Shown here in pieces: positions 59,084-64,000 of a stretch of 64,000 nucleotides of DNA. The stretch's first letter is position 1; every line of letters begins with the position of its first letter. Both the position numbers and the translations under genes were made by a program. The DNA is from Epithemia pelagica (taxonomy: Eukaryota > Protista > Bacillariophyta), in the NCBI GenBank assembly GCA_946965045.2, contig OX337229.1, positions 4,774,001 to 4,838,000 on the forward strand. Direction: 5' to 3'. The notes beneath the pieces are model-generated. The model saw nothing but the letters and a program-made list of their open reading frames with translations. It made no database searches and had not been told where the DNA came from.

Positions 59084-59863
59084 ATGGCCTATCCGCATCA
59101 CCCCAACCCCGATGGCGATACGGCTGTGTTCCGTGTCGACGTTTCCGGCACAGGCGAAAACATTGTCCGAATCCGTGCCGCCATGGACATCATCCTGCCG
59201 AAGTGTGGTGTTGCACCAAGAGATTTGGTCAAAATCTCCTACCGCCATACTCCTCTTCTTTCCGGTTTCAAGTATGACAGTACCATTGACTGCAAGGCCC
59301 CGGTTTACAATGGGTTGGTCCTACAAGGTGCTGTTTTGCGCTCGGTAGCACCGCCAGGGTTCTGGCAAGTGGAACTTCCCCCCGAAAAAAGGTTTTTGGA
59401 TCGTTGTATTACTGTCACACTTTACTATCTAACGTACATTGGCGGTTTCAAAATTTCGTCGCAGAAGGTGCAGTGTGGCTATTTATTTATTATCGAGAAT
59501 GGATGGACGGAAGACTGGGATGACGTGGGCGTATCCACGATCTCCATCACCCAACCAGTCCCTGGTCTGACATCATCGGAACTCCGACAAATTCCTAACG
59601 CGACTGCACGCAACCAGATGGAAATGGTTACGGAAGAAGATGGGTACGACGTAGACTCCGATGGAGAACCTGCCGCTCAGGAGCTCGTACTACGGTACAC
59701 ATGGGCCAACTCTACTCCCGAACGCCGCCCAACCCAGATGCAGTTGCTGGAACATACCCTTACTAAGCCTCGTCCGCAGGGGTATGTTCCCAAACGTCTT
59801 ATGATTGTGGAAAGGAAGCCTAAGAACGACGACAATGACAACAAGAACAATAATGCAGCGTAA
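59084..59863 (+). CDS. Element-borne hypothetical protein (259 aa, beta-rich), no recognised family
   Basis: Intact ATG-to-TAA ORF with protein-like composition. It is divergent from the KOW ORF and convergent with the recombinase. Confidence 0.6.
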   Translation: MAYPHHPNPDGDTAVFRVDVSGTGENIVRIRAAMDIILPKCGVAPRDLVKISYRHTPLLSGFKYDSTIDCKAPVYNGLVLQGAVLRSVAPPGFWQVELPPEKRFLDRCITVTLYYLTYIGGFKISSQKVQCGYLFIIENGWTEDWDDVGVSTISITQPVPGLTSSELRQIPNATARNQMEMVTEEDGYDVDSDGEPAAQELVLRYTWANSTPERRPTQMQLLEHTLTKPRPQGYVPKRLMIVERKPKNDDNDNKNNNAA

Positions 59864-60036
59864 CCTATTCTAGAAATGAGTTGAGAGTTCCAAATTTCAA
59901 TTGTAAACTAGTAGTTAATATAGAAAAAAGACTGGCCCACCACCACCCACCCAGCACTGGACCATTCCCCAGTGTCATCACTCACCAGGGCCATGTCCAG
60001 AACCAGGCGCCCAGCCTTGGTATTGTTGCGTCTTCT

Positions 60037-62445
60037 TTATCTTTTGCATATGCATTTGTATGACACTCTGTTAATTTTCTCCATTGAACCAAAGAAAGCC
60101 ACCCTATCACCATTGTAACACTCGCCAATACACTTTTCCACTCGTCCCACGCTCGTCCTGATTCTCTTGAGCCACTGGTAATCTCTTGGAACGAACCCCT
60201 TATTCTTGCCCTTGTACTTCGACACCACCTCCTTCATCTTCTCATAGACATCCTCATTTGAACCATCAAACCCAGTCAGTTCCACACGGTCATCATCCAA
60301 TGCCACTTGGTGCTCCACAGGTCCAGCTCGTTGCTCTTCTCTTGTCAAGTTCCTTTGTTTCTTCTTTTGTCGTTGTCTTTCTGCGTCGTCTTCTTCGTCC
60401 CTTCCACGTACCTTTTCCGGTGTCACTAAGGCCATTCCATTATTTGTTGTTGTCTGCTGCTGTAGCTCCACTGCCTCTGCTGCCTCTGCCGCTTCCAGGT
60501 CCAAACTCTTTTTGAAGCACTCGGAAAATAGACGAGATGCTTCCAACCTTGTTTGGTCGTCTGGAAATCGGTGAAATAGATGGCGAAGTTGTTCGAATGG
60601 TGTTTCGTCTCCTTTTTTACCAAGGGAAAGTTGGTAAATTTCCGACCAATGATAATCGGATTGACAATCTAGCGCGTCCCTTACGTACCAATCAGCCAAC
60701 TCCGTTATAGATAAGGACGTCCGAGTGCTGGCATTTTGATTTTTTCTGTTGAATTTTCCAGACGAATAAAAAACCGATTTCCATGGCGAGACTTTGTATT
60801 CCGGCCAACATTGTGGGCGATGGAATCCAGAGTCTTCCCATTGGCTGAGACAATTTTGATAATACAGTGAAGCTTGTTGTAGTGTCCCATGCCTCGCTGA
60901 TTTATTCAGGGCGTCATCTTCTAGAGGCTGTAGTCCCAATCCTGGTTGGCCCATGTCTGTGCGACGTCTTCCAGTACTCTCATATCGATACAGAATGCCA
61001 AAAATAGCATACATGTATCCAGTTTTGCGAAGAGTATGCGTCCCAACAGTACATTGGGAAGGGTCAAAATCCGAATTCGATCCAGAAAATTGAAAGACTA
61101 AAACTTTCTGTGAAAAAAAACAGTACGGTAAGCGATGTCTCACTGGTAAGTTTATTCGCAGGTGAATAAACTTACCTTAATTTCTTTTAATAACCTGCGA
61201 TACGGATATTCTTTGGTTGACCAGTTATCCGGTAGGGATTTACCATCGACATGTGCCTGGAGTAATTCGGGTCGGGGGAAAAGATAGGGCCCAGGAAGTT
61301 TCGCGGCTGCAAGATAGACCAAAAGGGCGCGAACCGGGCAAAACTCTGGGTTTTCGTCATCCCGATATAAAGACAAGCACTGTTCCACTTTGTCGGCCTT
61401 GCCCAATACCCAGAGTACTATTTGGTCCACACGTTTCTCTTTCCGAAGCACAACGAAACATTCCTTCCGGAACTGGGATAGACGAAGCGAACAAACTTCT
61501 TGTGCCCTTAGGAAAAGGTGAATACCGACCAACATCATGCACCATAATTGCATATTCATGATGTCGTTCGATCTAGAAAGTAGATGTGCCCTTACCTGAC
61601 GAAGCTGTTTCGTTGTTATATGTAACGCACCACGGATGTAATGGTTCGCGCGCAAATGGTTCTGGACCCGGTTAAACATTGAAATGCAGAGTTTGTGGTA
61701 CGTTGGACAGCCACGTGGACGTAAGCGAGGATACATACATCCCCCACAGTTGAGGAACTCCCTGTCTTCCGAACAGGCCCAGTTAATTTGACCTTTTGCT
61801 TCATTTTTTTTATGCACTTTTCACACGTGCCGATATAGGCGAGTGACATGTCTTCCAAGCAAAAGGAGTTATGTAGTGTACGAATAGCAACGCGACATTT
61901 TTGTACATTTGTTGGGTCGGACCAACCGTTTTTCTTGACAATACGCCCGTTACGCTCCACACTGTCACACGAACCGGTAACAATCTTGCCAGCACGAGTG
62001 CCGTGCACGTACACGACACAATTATTATTGAAATCAACGACGTTGGTCAAACGGTCGAATGATTTATACTGGTAGAATAACGCCAGTGTCACAGGATTCG
62101 CAGGTAGGGGATTCTTCGGACGAAGCTTGTCATTGCAGATGGTCGCAGTTCGCATGTCATCCAACAAATACGCAAATCGACCCAATTCACGCCAATAACG
62201 CGGATACTCACGGAGTGATTTATCTTCGCCATTGGACGAACCGCGAAGTTGGAAGCGGACTGTGTATTGGAAGTCGATCTCTGGAGGAGTCATGGCCTCC
62301 TCTGCTATATAGCTTTAATTAGACTCTCCATTTCGATTTCCTCCTCTTTCGATAGCTTCGTAGCCACCACTTCGCCTTCCTTGCGAGGACGAAAGTGAGT
62401 TTCCACGAGTTCAACTGTTGTTGCTGCGGTTGCTTCGCTAGTCAT
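60037..62445 (-). pseudogene. Tyrosine recombinase (Crypton-type), one intron, two frame disruptions
   Basis: The catalytic set is intact: R (LFLRAQE, 61508), K (LGKAD), HxxR (GTHTLRKTG, 61038-61027), H (SARH, 60891) and Y (LYY, 60864-60859). A GT-AG intron spans 61175-61108 (phase 0, EIK|KVL). The frame breaks at the A8 run (about 61804-61811) and at a TATATA near 62308. The probable original start is ATG 62445. Confidence 0.85.
61145..61176. other. Perfect 13-6-13 palindrome overlapping the recombinase intron 5' splice site
   Basis: GGTAAGTTTATTC-GCAGGT-GAATAAACTTACC; the two arms are exact reverse complements. Confidence 0.9.
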
Positions 62446-62780
62446 TGTCTTTTCTAGTTTTGATAGGATGTAGATAGGATCAAATGACTTTTTATGATTG
62501 TTACAACTCATTAGAAGTGTTTGATTGTTGAAAAGGAGATCTTTTTGCCATGGATGTGTCAGAGGTCGTCTACAAGACGATCATTGGGAAGTTCGGAAGT
62601 GGTGGGGCTATAAATTCATGCCAAGGATGGCACGGTATCCGCGATTCAACGGAGATTAAATCGTGTTGGGTCACTGGTTGGTTCACTGTTGGGTCAGTGT
62701 TGGGTTATAGGTATTTTTATAGCGTCAACTGTAGTGTCTTACGCGATATTTTACTATATATACTAAGAGAACAAACGGGA

Positions 62781-62863
62781 ATGTCGAAAGGTATGTCGTT
62801 CGATGTCGAAAGGTATGTCGTTTGATGTCGTTTGATGTTGTTTGATGTCGTTTGATGTCGTTT
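62781..62863 (+). repeat. Second copy of the ATGTCG array (8 units, one degenerate ATGTTG) in element B
   Basis: Cores at about 62781, 62793, 62803, 62815, 62825, 62835 (variant), 62845 and 62855. Confidence 0.9.
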
Positions 62864-63429
62864 CGGGCTCGCGCGCAAACATGGTTTGCCTCAAAATCCA
62901 GCGGTTTTCATTCAGTTGATGGGTCAACCGTCAATGATTGACTCGTAACGTTGTGATTTCTCTTAAAGAACTTCAACTGCTGGAGAGTACATATTCTTTT
63001 GGCGATAAAAACATCCGACATCCTACTTCCCATTAGACGTCCACAAAATACTGTACAGACACACAGACTAATCCCGAACTCTAATACATCTTGTGTGTGA
63101 CACGTGTAGATCTAGGCTGGCTTGACCTGAGTGATCAACCGTCACAAGTTGAAGGCTTGAGCGTTAGATCGTTGTACTCCCAAGATTCTTTTTTCATGAA
63201 AAACTCACCCACGAAACACAGCAGAACAGAGTCCACATGGCCACTCAATATCAGTAGTTGAAATCACCCAAAACTGTTCTCCAACTACCAATTCTTTGAC
63301 TAGCCATAACTTTTGAACGGTACGTACCCAGACTTGCGGTCCTGGCCCATTCGAAAGTTCGTGACGAGACGGTTCTAACGAGCTATTGGATTCTTCTCTC
63401 GCACATTCAGAACGAAAGTTATTGTCACC

Positions 63430-64000
63430 TCAACATTGGGTGTCCTGAATTCTGCCTGGCGAGTTTTCAATTCTTTGACTAGTCTTTATATCTGTTAGGA
63501 AACGTTGAATTTTCCATCGTAATTCTCTTGAAAGAAACTTGCAAACATTTCTGGAATGAATATAGGCCAGTAGTAATGACTTTGATGTAATCAATTCGTC
63601 TTGAGTCTCGCAATACCTGGGGTACATGAAAGTATAACACCACTGTTTGACAGTGTAGCAAAAGAGTTTGTACTCCCGACTATAGTTTGTATCAATTGCA
63701 TTACCAAAAGAGCAATGCCGTGACCAACCTTTATGGATGATGTGCCATCCACATTGAAGACGAACACAATTTGGCATGAATCGTCTACAAGCTTCTTCAA
63801 CTTCGGTGATTTCATGCGAATCTCCATCAGTGATTATTGCTTTTATCTCATTAACCCATTCCCCACCAAGAAGCTTTGGCAAAGCCCAGGAGAAAACCCA
63901 TCAAAATGTTGCTTGTTTTTGATCACGCAAGAACATTCGTAGTATAATGATGTATTTTCCAAAGGATGTGCGAATTGAGGCCGTTAGAAGAGGTCTAGAT
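63430..64000 (-). pseudogene. Decayed Mutator-like (MULE) transposase fragment, continuing past the right edge of the window
   Basis: Reads RPLLTASIRTSFGKYIIILRMFLRDQKQATF*WVFSWALPKLLG...IITDGD...CGWHIIHKGW, giving the MULE D and CxxH motifs. There is an in-frame TGA at 63903-63901 and similarity is lost after RFLTD. Confidence 0.75.

Larger units (their letters stand above)
58070..63024. mobile_element. Element B: Crypton-like tyrosine-recombinase DNA element with TIR-type left end and two accessory ORFs; right end interrupted
   Basis: The left end CTG-CAACTTCCGGTAA (58070-58085) and the next 100 bp are shared with element A. The interior holds a YR gene and 2 ORFs. The right subterminal block 62769-63024 is shared with element A, and similarity stops abruptly after the first CGACAT unit. 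Confidence 0.75.

Noticed and set aside
58073-63024. Element B as a DIRS/Ngaro retrotransposon or a Polinton-like virus
   Set aside because: No RT/RNaseH, polB, packaging ATPase or recognisable capsid was found, and the interior is only about 4.6 kb. The orphan ORF still needs a structure search.

Overview
Gene-dense eukaryotic nuclear DNA, most likely from a pennate diatom. The evidence is short GT-AG introns, DUF6824 and DUF4116 proteins, a diatom-type kinase and a bipartite plastid presequence. From 1 to about 56.8 kb there are about 21 host genes: a DUF6824 protein, MenA, a GPI-like protein, MPP-alpha, a protein kinase, ADA2, an M50 peptidase, an ATR-like PIKK, a DUF4116 protein, an SPX-MFS transporter, a Nudix hydrolase, an aldo-keto reductase, MCM3, a CCD-like protein, a SWSAP1-like P-loop protein, LTA4H, a PPTase, RPS11, a Myb protein, a TRP-like channel and an NAD(P)-binding protein. 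Two of these look like pseudoenzymes: the GPI-like protein lacks the catalytic His and Lys, and the CCD-like protein lacks 3 of its 4 Fe-binding His. The last 7 kb is a mobile-element nest and the main discovery candidate. Element B (58073 to at least 63024) encodes an intron-containing, Crypton-like tyrosine recombinase plus two orphan ORFs. A ~615-bp relative, element A (57041-57654), matches B's left and right ends joined without the middle, and so defines the termini. These are 13-bp terminal inverted repeats, a short terminal direct repeat (CTG/TTGCTG) and two head-to-head arrays of eight ATGTCG/CGACAT units. A perfect 13-6-13 palindrome covers the 5' splice site of the recombinase intron. 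A decayed MULE transposase follows the point where B's right end breaks off. All calls are by-eye motif recognition and manual translation; no database searches were run.
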